A stretch of 57,802 nucleotides of DNA, the filler included, from Basidiobolus meristosporus CBS 931.73 (lineage: Eukaryota > Fungi > Basidiobolomycota), in NCBI GenBank assembly GCA_002104905.1. It is 3 parts of 3 records of this genome, joined end to end, with 100 filler letters (N's around TTAATTAATTAA, not from the genome) between each part and the next. Parts side by side here need not be neighbours in the genome. Positions count along the whole stretch, not along the records: positions 1 to 20,018 come from MCFE01001015.1; positions 20,119 to 41,714 come from MCFE01000987.1; 1 more part is not named here. One strand, 5' to 3'. The notes under the pieces were generated by a model. The model was not told the DNA's origin. It saw only the letters and a program-made list of their open reading frames with translations, and ran no database searches. Position 1 is the stretch's first letter; each line of letters begins with the position of its first letter. Of the stretch, positions 10,809 to 22,858 are shown piece by piece. Made by a program: the position numbers and the translations under genes.

Positions 10809-11190
10809 CTGGGTTGTCTGTACGTACATCGTGGAAGGGAAGGGTGCGCTTTTGAAATGACGTATGGGTTGTAGTATTCACACGGATTAGCTGTTTCTAT
10901 TCACTACTCGCTCCTAGTCCTAATCCTACGATATTGCTACAGTCACTTCATCTATCTCCTGGCACTTTGAGGTAGATGGTGTAAGGGATACATTATTGCG
11001 TCGATTATTTATCAGTGATTTTATATTAAATTGATGGATTAAGACAGCGTGGATACTCTGTGGTTTGCAGTAATATTGAGAAGAGCGATAGTCCCCCGAA
11101 ATCGCTCAAACTCTACCATTGCTATGGATTACTCTCCCAAAAACTACCAGAGAATCCTATGCTACGCTTAAGCGTAGTTACTTCTGTCAT
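10809..11190 (+). repeat. ~380-bp direct repeat A (repeated at 13317-13692)
   Basis: CTGGGTTGTCTGTACGTAC...CTTCTGTCAT occurs on both sides of a 2.1-kb insert. It is single in the second segmental copy. Confidence 0.9.
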
Positions 11191-12974
11191 CTTGGTCAAC
11201 AAACCCATCAAGCTGTTCCATAAGCATCCTCATCAAGTTTTCCATTCAAAAATGCGGGTTTTATATCCATTTGATGTATAAAAGCTTATATTTAGCTGCA
11301 ATAGCCAATATTCTTCTGATGGAATTAAACTTGGCTACCGGTGCAAAGGTCTCAGTATAGTCAAGTCCTTTTGTTTGAGTGTATCCTTTGGCCACCAGTC
11401 TTGCTTTGTATCTTTCAATTATACCATCAGCCTTGCATCTTGTCTTAAAGACCCATCTGCATCCAATTGATTTTTTGTAATGGGTAATTTGACTAGGTCC
11501 CAGTTTGATTTTCCATTGGGGCCTGATATTCCTCAGTCATTGCTGATCTTCAAAACTCTGTCTGAGGGCTATATAGGGCCTCTCTTACAATCTGGGGCTT
11601 ATCAATATGGACTGAATAGGCAGAGGCTAAGTTTGTACCCTCATTTATATAGTAATTGGGGCTATTTCTTGTCCAGTTGGATCTTTGGGCATTTGATACT
11701 GTAATGATCACTTCTGGGATATTCCTGGGCACTGATTCTGGCTGAACCACAGTTGTAGAGTCCTCTGGAGTGAGAAAGTTTGCTTTTTTGCTCTGATTTA
11801 TTCCTGGCAATTGGTTGACTTGAGATTGTATTTATATCATCAACTGATGTCATTATTTGTAAAATTTTGAATTTTCATCAAACAACACATCTCTGGACTT
11901 GGTCAGCTTCTTTGCTTGGGTATTGTAGAGTCTGTATGCCTTACTCTCATTGCAATAGCCCAAAAATATGCATTTAACACTTTTTGGCTCAAGTTTTGAC
12001 CAATTTCCAGGCAGATTCTTGGCATATGCTTTACACCCAAATATTCTTAGATGTTCTGCACTTGGTCTGTACCCATACCATGCTCTGAATGGAGTAGACT
12101 CAGCAAGTATTCTGCTATAACCTCTACTCTTAAGGTACACAGCTGTGGCATCTGATTTGGCCCAATAATCATATGATAACTCTTGGTCATTGATTATACA
12201 TCTTGCCATATCAATTACTGATCTATTTACACATTCTGCTTCTCCATTTTGCTGTGGGGAGTATGATATAGTAGGCTCTTGCTCTATCCCATTATTTTTG
12301 CAGAAGTGGATGAAGAATTTTGAGGTATATTCTCCACCATTGTTGGAGCACATTTTCTTAATTTTTTTACCAGGTACTCTCCCCACCATGTCTTCAAGCT
12401 CACTGAGCTTAGACCAAGCCTCTTCCTTTCTCTCCATGAAGTGAACTCAGCTTTATCTTGTATAATCATCAATAAAAGCTATTAAATATTTCATCCTGCC
12501 TAAGGGTAGGTTTTGCATAAGTCCACACAGATCTAAGTGAGCTGGATCTGATTTTTTCTTAGTCTTGATTGACCCAGAGCTCTTGAATGATTGTTTGGCT
12601 TGTTTCCCATAAATGCAGGCTTCACAGTGCTCCAAATTAGCTGTGGGATCAATTCTTACCCCAGAAATTAGCTGATATTTGATCATTTTGTGCAAATAAT
12701 CTCAATTGTTATGTCCAAATCTCTTGTGCCAGAGCATTGGTGTTTCTTCATTCAAGTTAGTTATATTGGCATCCAGATATGCAGGCATATATGTGAACCT
12801 GTAAAGACTCTGATCTCTGATACCCAAAGCAATATCAGCACCATTTTGAGCAGTGATCATGCATCCAGAATTGTCAAAGCTGAGACTGAGTCCTTCCACT
12901 GTATCCTTGCTTACAGATAGTAGGTTCATGGCTATTTCTGGTACATAGAGTACTTCTCTAAAGGCTAATGTATG
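11191..12974 (-). mobile_element. Truncated Ty1/copia internal fragment (GAG-pre-integrase, integrase, start of RT), no LTRs
   Basis: Minus-strand ORFs 11853-12437, 12453-12695, 12702-12929 are homologous to ~17060-18846 of the neighbouring copia; frameshifted. Confidence 0.92.
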
Positions 12975-13316
12975 TAGTTAGTATTTTGCCTCCTACTATA
13001 TGAGTGCAATGCTGCAGCTTGGCTGTGCTTAATCACTCTGGATGATGCTACTCAACTAGCCTGCAGTGCTACAAACTGATGCATTCTTTACTTGCTAAAG
13101 GCTCTGGTAGTGGAGGTACTTCATGTGGGTCATCATTAGTTAGTTCACCAGAAGTAACTTGCTGATGGTCAGGTGTAATGGCATGCACAGGCGCAACTTG
13201 ATATGTTGGCATGGCCCTTCACTGAGTTTGATGTGAAGCAGCTTGTTGACATGACTAGGCCCACTCCAATGGACTTATGTCTAAATGAGTAGTTTGGCAA
13301 GTTCTGGTGCTTTGCT

Positions 13317-13692
13317 CTGGGTTGTCTGTACGTACATTGTGGAAGGGAAGGGTGTGCTTTTGAAATGACGTATGGGTTGTGGTATTCACACGGATTAGCT
13401 GTTTCTATTCACTACTCGCTCCTAGTCCTACGATATTGCTACAGTCACTTCATTTATCTCCTGGCACCTTGAGGTAGATGGTGTAAGGGATACATTATTG
13501 AGTCGATTATTTATCAGTGATTTTATATTAAATTGATGGATCAAGACAGCGTGGATACTCTGTGGTTTGCAGTAATATTGAGAAGAGCAATAGTCCCCCA
13601 AAATTGCTCAAACTCTACCTTTGCTATGGATTACTCTCCCAAAAACTACCAGAGAATCCTATGCTACGCTTAAGCGTAATTACTTCTGTCAT
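13317..13692 (+). repeat. Direct repeat A' (diverged copy of 10809-11190)
   Basis: Same sequence with a 6-bp deletion and several CpG-to-TpG/CpA changes. Confidence 0.9.
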
Positions 13693-14096
13693 TGTAACAC
13701 GGTTGTTCCTATAATTACTCTACTACTTCTTGACTATTTTGTTGGCAGTGAAACGTGCTAGATTAAGTTGGCCATGAAAAGCTGTGTGAGAGGTCTATAC
13801 ATTGTTGATAATGAGGTAAATTTTATGTTTGCACCTAAATATTTATGTTCAGTGAGTCCAATATATACTAGCAAAAGGACTTTACCATCTCCTGACCAAA
13901 CTACCTTTTGAAATATATGCTAGGAAAAGTTTCTCTATAATGTCAGATATATAGAATATACCTCTTGATGTTTTTTAAAAGGCCCCAAACCTGGTAAGCA
14001 TGCGCATCCGGTGAACATTTTCCTTGACATCACATTTAAAGGTATATTAGTTACTCACTCTTTCATTTGGTCACCAACTGAGCATCATGAACTCGG

Positions 14097-14990
14097 GTGA
14101 ATATTTAGGAGGAATTCCAAATTCTTACAACAAACTTAGTCACTTCGATCATTACCTACAAATCTTAGTGAATACTGACCAAATTCCTTGTTGGGATTTA
14201 CTTGGAATATTTTCACCAAAATATCAGGTACCCACAACATAAAAATTCTCAGAGCTGTCCAAACAGCCCCAAACTTTGCACACATATTCTTGAGACCTTC
14301 CGAAACCTATTCTACATGCTTGATATGTCAAGACCATGTATAAGTATAAATACTACTTTTACATTCTATAAATTCTTAAGTGAAAACCACTTAATCTACC
14401 TGTTCTCCCAATCTCTTCCAATATCTCAAGGACTCTTACAACAGGCTATGGACCCCAAGTTGTAACTCCCTACAATATATAATACTGCTACCACTGGGGT
14501 TTTCTCCTCTGCTGAAAAGCTGAATGGATTTAACTATTGAGTCTGGAAAGTGAAGAAAAATATGCTGCTACAGGAAAGAGGCCTTTAGTGTTGTAAAAAT
14601 TCGTATTTCCACCTAAATACTCACCTAACTTAGTCACTTAGATCATCACCTTCAAATCCTAGAGAATACTGACCAAATTCCTTGTTGGGATTTACTTAGA
14701 ATATTTTCACCAAAATACCAGGTACCCAGAACATGAAAATTAGATAAGTTGTCCAAACAGCCCCAAACTTTGCACACATGTTCTTGGGACCTTCCTTAAC
14801 CTATTCTATGGGTTTGTAATGCCAAGATCAGGTAAAAGTATAAATCCTACTTTTACATTCAATAAATCATTAAGTGAAAACCACATAATCTACTTGTTCT
14901 CCCAATCACTTCCAATATCTCCAAGACTCTTACAACATTTAGGATATTGTTATGGTATGATACTGATGTAGCTCAAATAAAAAAAAACTA
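14097..14990 (+). mobile_element. Old degenerate copia 5' end (LTR to 14443, decayed PBS, gag start) interrupted by a solo LTR
   Basis: LTR ends CTCTTACAACA at 14443, followed by GGCTATGGACCCCA and sequence homologous to gag at 16061-16190. Confidence 0.85.
14589..14937 (+). mobile_element. Copia solo LTR, 349 bp, TSD TTTAG
   Basis: TGTTGTAA...TTACAACA termini; TTTAG at 14584-14588 and 14938-14942; near-identical to 15681-16029. Confidence 0.93.
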
Positions 14991-15680
14991 TGGCCTCCTG
15001 CTTGATAACCTCTGCATATGCACACACCTACTGCAATGGACACACTTCTATCACCTCAACTTTACTGCTTTTAGTGTGATACTTACAAATTGCTATATAC
15101 CTTGTATTGTAGGCAACATATAAATCTTGCAAATATATGCTTGGTTGCTGCCACTTTTGCCATGAATACCTCCTGAATATTTGCAAAGAACTTCTTGGTA
15201 TCCCTATGGGAAATAATTGTAATGATCCCATCAAAAGGCCATCACAAAGTTAAAGTCTTGTGATTAAGAGGTATTGATCCTATCAGGACACTGTACAAAG
15301 ACCTTTGAAAAATAATTGCACCCCGGATTTTGCAAAAACCTAGTCAAAATTTCTCATCACCAGAATACATAAGTGGCTTTTGATTGGTCCTCTGCCAGTT
15401 CTCTCACTTGCTGATCCCAGACACTCAATCACCTCCTATATTTGTGTACATTGATTGGTTATTGCTTCTTTTTCACACTCATCACTTCCTGACTCAACCA
15501 ATTCTCTTACCTTTCATGTATAAAAATTGATTCATATCTATTGAAACCTCCATTGTACCTCAGTAGCCTTTGTATTGACCTGTACTAGTCCCTATACCCA
15601 ACACTAACATTAAGCCCAACCCCATATTCAACAAGCAGCTCCATTTGAATCCACCTTTCAATAAGTATTTCTGATGTAAC

Positions 15681-18600
15681 TGTTGTAAAAATTTGTAATT
15701 CCACCTAAATATTCACATAACTTAGTCACTTAGATCATTACCTACAAATCTTAATGAATACTGACCAAATTCCTTGTTGGGATTTACTTAGAATATTTTC
15801 ACCAAAATACCAGGTACCCAGAACATGAAAATTAGATAAGTTGTCCAAACAGCCCCAAACTTTGCATACATGTTCTTGGGACCTTCCTTAACCTATTCTG
15901 CATGTTTGTAATGCCAAGACCAGGTAAAAGTATAAATACTACTTTTACATTCAATAAATAATTAAGTGAAAACCACATAATCTACTTGTTCTCCAAATCA
16001 CTTCCAATATCTCCAAGACTCTTACAACAGGTTATGAGCCCCAAGCTGTCACTCTCTGCAATGTCTACTACTGCTATTACTGGAATTTTTCCCTCTGCTG
16101 AAAAGTTGGATGGCTCTAACTACCAAGTGTGGAAGGTGAAGATGAAGATGCTGCTACAAGAAAGAGGCCTTTGAGATATTGTCATGGGAGAAGAATGCCC
16201 TCCTAAAAACGTGGGAGAGGAAGCCTTAAAGTACCAGAAGAAAGAACAAAGTGCCTTTAACTGCATTTGCCTTAATGTCAAGGACAAATTGCTAATTCAA
16301 TGCTCAAGAGCAAAAATGGCAAAGAATGCCTGGAAGGCATTAGAAGACACCTACCAGTCATGTTCAGCTGCCAAGAAAATGTATCTGAGAAGAAAATTCT
16401 TTACTACAAAGATGCTGCCAGGAGAAGAAATGAAAAATCTAATAAACAGAATTACCCTGCTGGTAGATGAGATGGAATCTGTGGGTGTACCAACTACTGA
16501 TGAGGATGTGATAGTTACCATCCTGAATAGCCTGACAGACAAGTTTCAGGGCCTTGTATCAGCTCTAGAGTCCAGAACTGAAGATTTGACCTTAAATTAC
16601 CTATATGGAAGGCTCCTGGATGAAGAATTAAGAAAATCAAGCGCCAATAAGAAGGAAGAAGAAAATGCTTTAATAAGCAATGATAACCAACAAAGGAGGT
16701 ACCCAAGACCCTACAAATGCAACAGCAACCTATTTTGCAACTACTGCAAAAGGAAAGGACACACATCAGACCGGTGTTTCAAAAAGAGAGATTACCAGCA
16801 AAAGAAGCCTGAATATGGAAATGCTGCAACAACTGAAAATAGACTATTCATATCTCCACTAAATATGACCACAAACAAGGATTCTCAGACGTGGTATATT
16901 GACTCTGGAGCTTCTCAACACTTTACACACCAAAAAGAACTTTTTACCCAATATCAAGAAATTCCAATTAAGCAGGTTTTCATGGGTGACAATAGAACAC
17001 GTGATGCAGTGGGAGAAGGAACTATCCAAGTAAACCTTAGAAGCAGTGAAGGAAGCCATACACTGACCTTTAAAGAAGTACTCTATGTACCAGAAATAGC
17101 CAAGAACCTACTCTCTGTAAGCAAGGCCACAGCAGAAGGACTCAGTTTCAGTTTTGACAATTCTGGATGCAGGATCACTGATCAAAATGGTGCTCATATT
17201 GCTTTGGGCATCAGAGATCAGAATCTATACAAGTTGACTTATATTCCATCATATCTGGAAGCCAATATAAGTAACTTAACTGAAGAAACACCAATGCTTT
17301 GGCACAGGAGATTTGGGCACATCAATTTTGATTATTTGCACAAAATGATCAAAGATCAGCTAATTTCTGGAGTGAAAATTGATCCCCCAGCTAATTTGGA
17401 GCACTGTGAAGCCTGCATATATGGGAAACAAGCCAGACAACTGTTCAAGAGCTCTGGGTTAATCAAGACTAAGAAAAAATTAGATCTAATTCACTCAGAT
17501 CTGTGTGGACTTATGCAACATTTATCCTTAGGCGGGATGAAGTATTTAATCACTTTTATTGATGATTATACAAGATACACGTGGGTCTACTTCACGGAGA
17601 GAAAGGAAGAAGCTCTGTCTAAGTTCAGGGAGTTTAAAGCCATGGTGGAGAGAGAAACTGGTGAAAAAATCAAGAAAATACGCTCTGACAATGGTGGAGA
17701 ATATACCTCAAAACTCTTCATCCACTTCTGCAAAATTCATGGGATAAAGCAAGAGACTACTGTACCATACTCCCCACAGCAAAATGGAGTAGCAGAACAA
17801 GCTAACAGATCAATAATTGATATGGCAAGATCTATGATCCATGATCAAAAATTATCCTATGATTTTTGGGTGGAATCAGTTGCCACTGCTGTATACCTTA
17901 AAAATAGGAGTTATAACAGAATACTTCGTGATTCTACTCCATTTGAAGAATGGTATGGATACAGACCAAGTGCAGAACATCTAAGAATATTTGGGTGTAC
18001 AGCATATGCCAAAAAACTGGCCGGAAATCAGTCAAAATTTGAGCCAAAAAGTGTAAAATGCATATTTTTGGGCTACTGCAATGAGAGTAAGGCATACAGA
18101 CTCTACAATACCAAAGCAAAGAAGCTTATCAAGTCCAGGGATGTGTTGTTTGATGAAAATTCAAAATTTTCACAAAAAATGACATCAGATGATGACAAAA
18201 ATTTGATCCCAAGTCCACCAATTGTCAGGATTGAATCAGAGCAAAACAATGAAATTTTTTTCACTCCAGAGGACTCTACAACTGTGGTTCAGCCAGAATC
18301 AGTGCCCAGGAATATCCCAGAAGTGATCATTCCAGTATCAAATGCCCGGAGATCCAATCGGACAAGAAATAGTCCAAATTACTATATCAATGAGGGTACA
18401 AACTTAGCCTATGCCTATTCAGTCCATATTGATGAACCCCAGACTGTAAAAGAGGCCCTAAATAGCCCTCAGACAAAGTTTTGAAGATCTGCAATGACTG
18501 AGGAATATCAGGCCCGGATGGAAAATCAAACTTGGGACTTAGTCAAATTACCAATCAACCGAAAATCAATTGGATGCAGATGGGTCTTCAAGACAAAATA

Positions 18601-20018
18601 CAAGGCTGATGGTACAATTGAAAGATACAAAGCAAGACTTGTAGCCAAAGGATACTCTCAAACATAAGGACTTGACTATACTGAGACCTTTGCACTGGTA
18701 GCCAAGTTTAATTGCATCAGATTAATATTGGCTGTTGCAGCCAAATATCAGTTTTTTACTCATCAAATGGATGTAAAACTGCATTTTTGAATGGAGAACT
18801 TGATGAGGATGTGTATATGGACCAGCCTGATGGGTTTGTTGACCAAGATAACCCCCATTTGGTCTGCAAGCTTAAAAAGTCACTATATGGTCTCAAACAA
18901 TCACAAAGAGCCTGGAATTGCAAGATAGATTCATATTTGGAATCTTTGAGTTTCAAAAGGAGTAATGCTGACTATAGTATATACTATAAGCCAGATAGAG
19001 AAAATCCAGTTCTATTAGCTCTATATGTGGATGATCTCATTATAGCCACCAATAACCTAGAAACATTGGAAGAGACTAAGTCCAGCCTATCTAAGGAGTT
19101 CAAGATGTTGGATCTAGGAGAACTTAGTTACTACTTAGGGATTAAGTTCTCCATAGACAGAAGTACACAGACTATTACCCTAAGCCAATCCAAGTATATT
19201 CAAGATATACTAAAGAAGTACAAAATGGAAGACTGTAAACTGGCAGCTACCCCAATGGAGACAAACCTTAACTTGGTCAAAACTCAACCAAATCAAGAGA
19301 GCTTGGTGCCATCTGAAAGCCCTGACTTTCCTTATCAATCTATGGTCAGCAGTCTGATGTATATCATGCTTGGAACACGTCCAGATTTCTCATATTCTGT
19401 GGGAGTTGTAAGCCAACATAATCAGAACTATGGATCTGATCATATTGCAGCAGTTAAGCGGATTTTTAGATACCTAAAAGGAACTGCTGATATCTGTTTA
19501 AGATACACTTATAAGGACTCAGAACAAGATCTTGTGGGATACTCTGATGCAGATTGGGGACAAAATTCAGAAGACAGAAGATCCACCACAGGATACACCT
19601 TTCTTTATTGTAAAGGAGCAATTTCATGGAATTCAAGAAAGCAACCAACTGTAGCACTTTCCACCACAGAGGCAGAGTATATGGCAGCCTGTGAAGCTAC
19701 AAAAGAAGCAATGTGGTTAAGAAAGCTGTTTACAGATTTAGGCCTATGTCAAAAAACGCCTATTACTTTATTTCAAGATAATCAAGGATGTATACAATTC
19801 GGTAGAAATCCAACTTTTCATGCTAGAACCAAGCACATAGATATTAGACATCATTTCATACGTGAAGCTATAGAGAATAACTTAGTTAGCTTAGTTTACT
19901 GTCCTACAGATGAAATGATTGCAGACATATTTACCAAACCATTAGCTAGCGACAAGTTTGAATATCTTAGGTCAAAATTAGGACTAGTCAGTATGAACAT
20001 TTAGCTGAGTGGGAGTGT
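15681..20018 (+). mobile_element. Near full-length Ty1/copia retrotransposon; 3' LTR lost in the gap
   Basis: 5' LTR 15681-16029, PBS GGTTATGAGCCC 16030-16041, gag-PR-IN-RT-RNaseH 16061-20004, PPT GCTGAGTGGGAG followed by TGT at 20016 just before the gap. Confidence 0.96.
16061..20004 (+). pseudogene. Copia gag-pol, disrupted
   Basis: CCHC knuckle CNYCKRKGHTSDRC, protease WYIDSGAS, integrase, RT YVDD, RNase H YSDADW. In-frame stops at 16172-16174, 18482-18484 and ~18665, plus a 1-nt deletion in an A-run near 18775. Confidence 0.9.
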
Positions 20019-20118
20019 NNNNNNNNNNNNNNNNNNNNNNNNNNNNNNNNNNNNNNNNNNNNTTAATTAATTAANNNNNNNNNNNNNNNNNNNNNNNNNN
20101 NNNNNNNNNNNNNNNNNN
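20019..20118. other. Scaffold gap with artificial TTAATTAATTAA linker
   Basis: 44 N + 12-mer with stops in all six frames + 44 N; the same cassette is at 41715-41814. Confidence 0.97.
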
Positions 20119-22543
20119 CAACTAACATATTGGATGCCATGATGGTAGTAATAGCTGTGCAACACTTCATCGTATACCCATGCACCTGGATATTATCCCG
20201 TTGCATTACTATACATAGTTTGCCAAAGGAGTATGCCCCGCCTAGTATGGGCCACATCCATTCTACTTGGATCATGGGGGTTTGTGTAGCACCAGCCGTA
20301 CATTCCCTTACTCTCCTGGCCATGTATAGCTTGATTCGTGATCCGGTTAGCGCGCCTGCATTTTATTGCCATGCCACTACTGCCTTTACATTTGGTGATT
20401 CTCGCCACCAAGTATTAATGAAATCATGGCGATCATTTCAGCCATACAAGACCGGAACATCCCACTCACTTGTTTGCATATCTCAGGTAGGCCGCTCAAG
20501 ATTGCATGATCGTGTTTGTTTCTCTCTACCCTTGAGCAATCCACGCCACCATGCGGAGCAACTGACTAATTTGCATCCTGGCTTGGTAGTTGTCTGTAGA
20601 AATCTAGGCTGTTACCGCTAGATAGCAATCATGATCTAAATCAAATTTCCCTTGCAATAACAATCAGGGGAAGGCAAGGAAATTGAAACCACCTAATCCA
20701 CTTGTTCTCCCAAACATTTCCAATACCTCCAAAACTCTTACTACAGTAACCACCCTCATCACTTTGCTGTCAATTCCCACAAAGACTCAGCAACCCCATG
20801 CATGGTGTGCTGATCAAATACAAAGATCAACCCAACTAAAAAGGTAGCTATTTATCAACCTCTGAATTTCCGTATCTCTGCAATCCATTGCATCTACAGT
20901 GGAGTATTTGTTTCTTACCTGACAGCAGGCATCTAAAAACAAGCCAAAGTTGCATCCTACCCAAAGCAAGTGCCGGAATTTTCCTAGATTTCCTAGATAT
21001 ATTGCAAGCTTAAAGCATGCTACAATACAGCATAGAGAAGGCTCTACAAAGTAGGGATATTCTGGAGGTTGTCCCTGGCATGCTTTTTCTAGTGAGATCT
21101 TGTTTGTAGTACACCAGTTGTCAAGATATCACTAAGTATATGTGATATATGCTTTGTATCTGGTCCCTTCAAGATGCATTTGGCAATATTGATTTCAACA
21201 AGCAAGAAGTACAACTAGCTGCTATAACAGCTTACTAATTACTAATCACAAGACTCCACCAAGAATTTCTGCAAGTTATAAAGGATTCACCCAAGATCTG
21301 GTTTAAAAACATCAGTTAATTTCCAGAATCAAGGTGGGTCTAAAAGTTATCAATATTTTTTAAGCTTGACCAAAACCCCTAGAGCTTACCTACAGACTTC
21401 TGGAACCTTCCTTTGACATTCTTATCACTGGCATTATAATCTATCTTTCAAAGTACAGATATATAATCCAAGCTCAATGGAGTAAATTGCATCAAGTCTG
21501 TTGTCACACAATATGAAGCAACCACTGAGACAGCTGGAGCCACTATCCAGTGCATATACAAAGATTATGGATGGGGAACAACTCAAGGAACAATATGCCT
21601 GGATACTCATGATTGCTTTGAAGTAAAATGCATGTATGGTCAAGCAATAAGCTCAGTAATCCCTGGTGTTGTGCTTCAACATATAAAACTTGACCAATTC
21701 AACTCTTTTAGAAGATCTAGTACCCTAACTGATTTTCCCCAACCCAAACATAACTAATCCCAGTTATGGCTTATTTTCTCCCATCTCAGAATCTATTTTT
21801 GGCCATCTCACCTGATCAATTTTCAAATGGTCATTACATCATTAACTGATCTGCCAAGCCATTCCAGGTGATTAGTCATCTGAGATTTATCCAATCACTT
21901 TGCAGTTGCCAAGACATCAGCTGATTGATGTTGCAACTTTCATTTATCTTATGTTCCTATCAACACCCAAATTGATTTCAATTAATCCAGTCTCTTAGTG
22001 CTTACTAATTTGACTTGATCAGAGAAGTACAAATAAAGCTTACTGAGCCTTTTGGTTTAGTGTGTTTCTCAAAAAATCAAAATTGCGTCTCAGCAAAATT
22101 AAGAATTCAACAATTCTGTCTATTTACTACCCAAGCTTAGCATATGTAGCACTCACAAGAAAACCAAACCTGGCCTGCATAGCAAGCCAACTCTGTTGTC
22201 TTTATTGCCAAACCCTGCTTTATTCAAGACCAATATTAGACCAGATCCTTTCTGATTATATTTCCACCACTATCTGATAACTCTAAGATTCTGCACTTAA
22301 TTGCCCCTTCAGTTCAGTTACACCATTCAAGAGCTTTATTACAATTTTCTCTTGGATGCAACACCTGGGCAAAGATCTTGAACTTGGGAAACATCTGATA
22401 ATCAGCTGGTACTCTAACAGTCCCTAAGAAGCCAGTAAAGAAAAGTCCAGCAGAATGCCATCATAATACTAGCTGAATACAACCATCCAAGAAGTGACAA
22501 ATCTCAACATCCCAGGTACCAGCTTCATAGTGCACAATCAGAT

Positions 22544-22858
22544 ATGTTTTCCAGAGGGAGACTAGGCCTACTATCATTCATACCATATTTGGTAAGCAGC
22601 TACCACCAACCCTCACCAAAAAGTCAATCAGATGCTTCAAGAAAAAATACCAGCTGAATACCAGCAAAATACCATCAAATATCAGCTAAAAGTTAAATAA
22701 ATTACAACTTTGAGATCTTTTGAAGGGATTATTTTGCTGGCAATTGGCTGGCGTTTTTTTCTTTGAGCATCTTATTAACTTTTTAGTGAAGGTGGTGGGT
22801 AGCTACTTACCAAATCTTGCATGAATGATAGTAGGCCTAGTCTCCACCTGCAAAACAT
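22544..22858. mobile_element. Degenerate MITE/foldback-like inverted repeat
   Basis: Arms ~22544-22671 and ~22730-22858 share GGAGACTAGGCCTACTATCATTCAT and TTTGGTAAG in inverted orientation, roughly 80% identical by eye; ~58-bp spacer. Confidence 0.7.

Larger units (their letters stand above)
1..11190 (+). repeat. Segmental duplication, copy 1 (matches 46335-57583; 13693-13910 also matches 57584-57802)
   Basis: The ORF track and sequence repeat at offsets 46334-46393. Position 1 AAATCGGTCGGG matches 46335. Only scattered SNPs and small indels differ, apart from 5071-5767. Confidence 0.97.

Noticed and set aside
20063-20074. TTAATTAATTAA palindrome between N runs (also 41759-41770)
   Set aside because: Artificial scaffolding linker with stops in all six frames.
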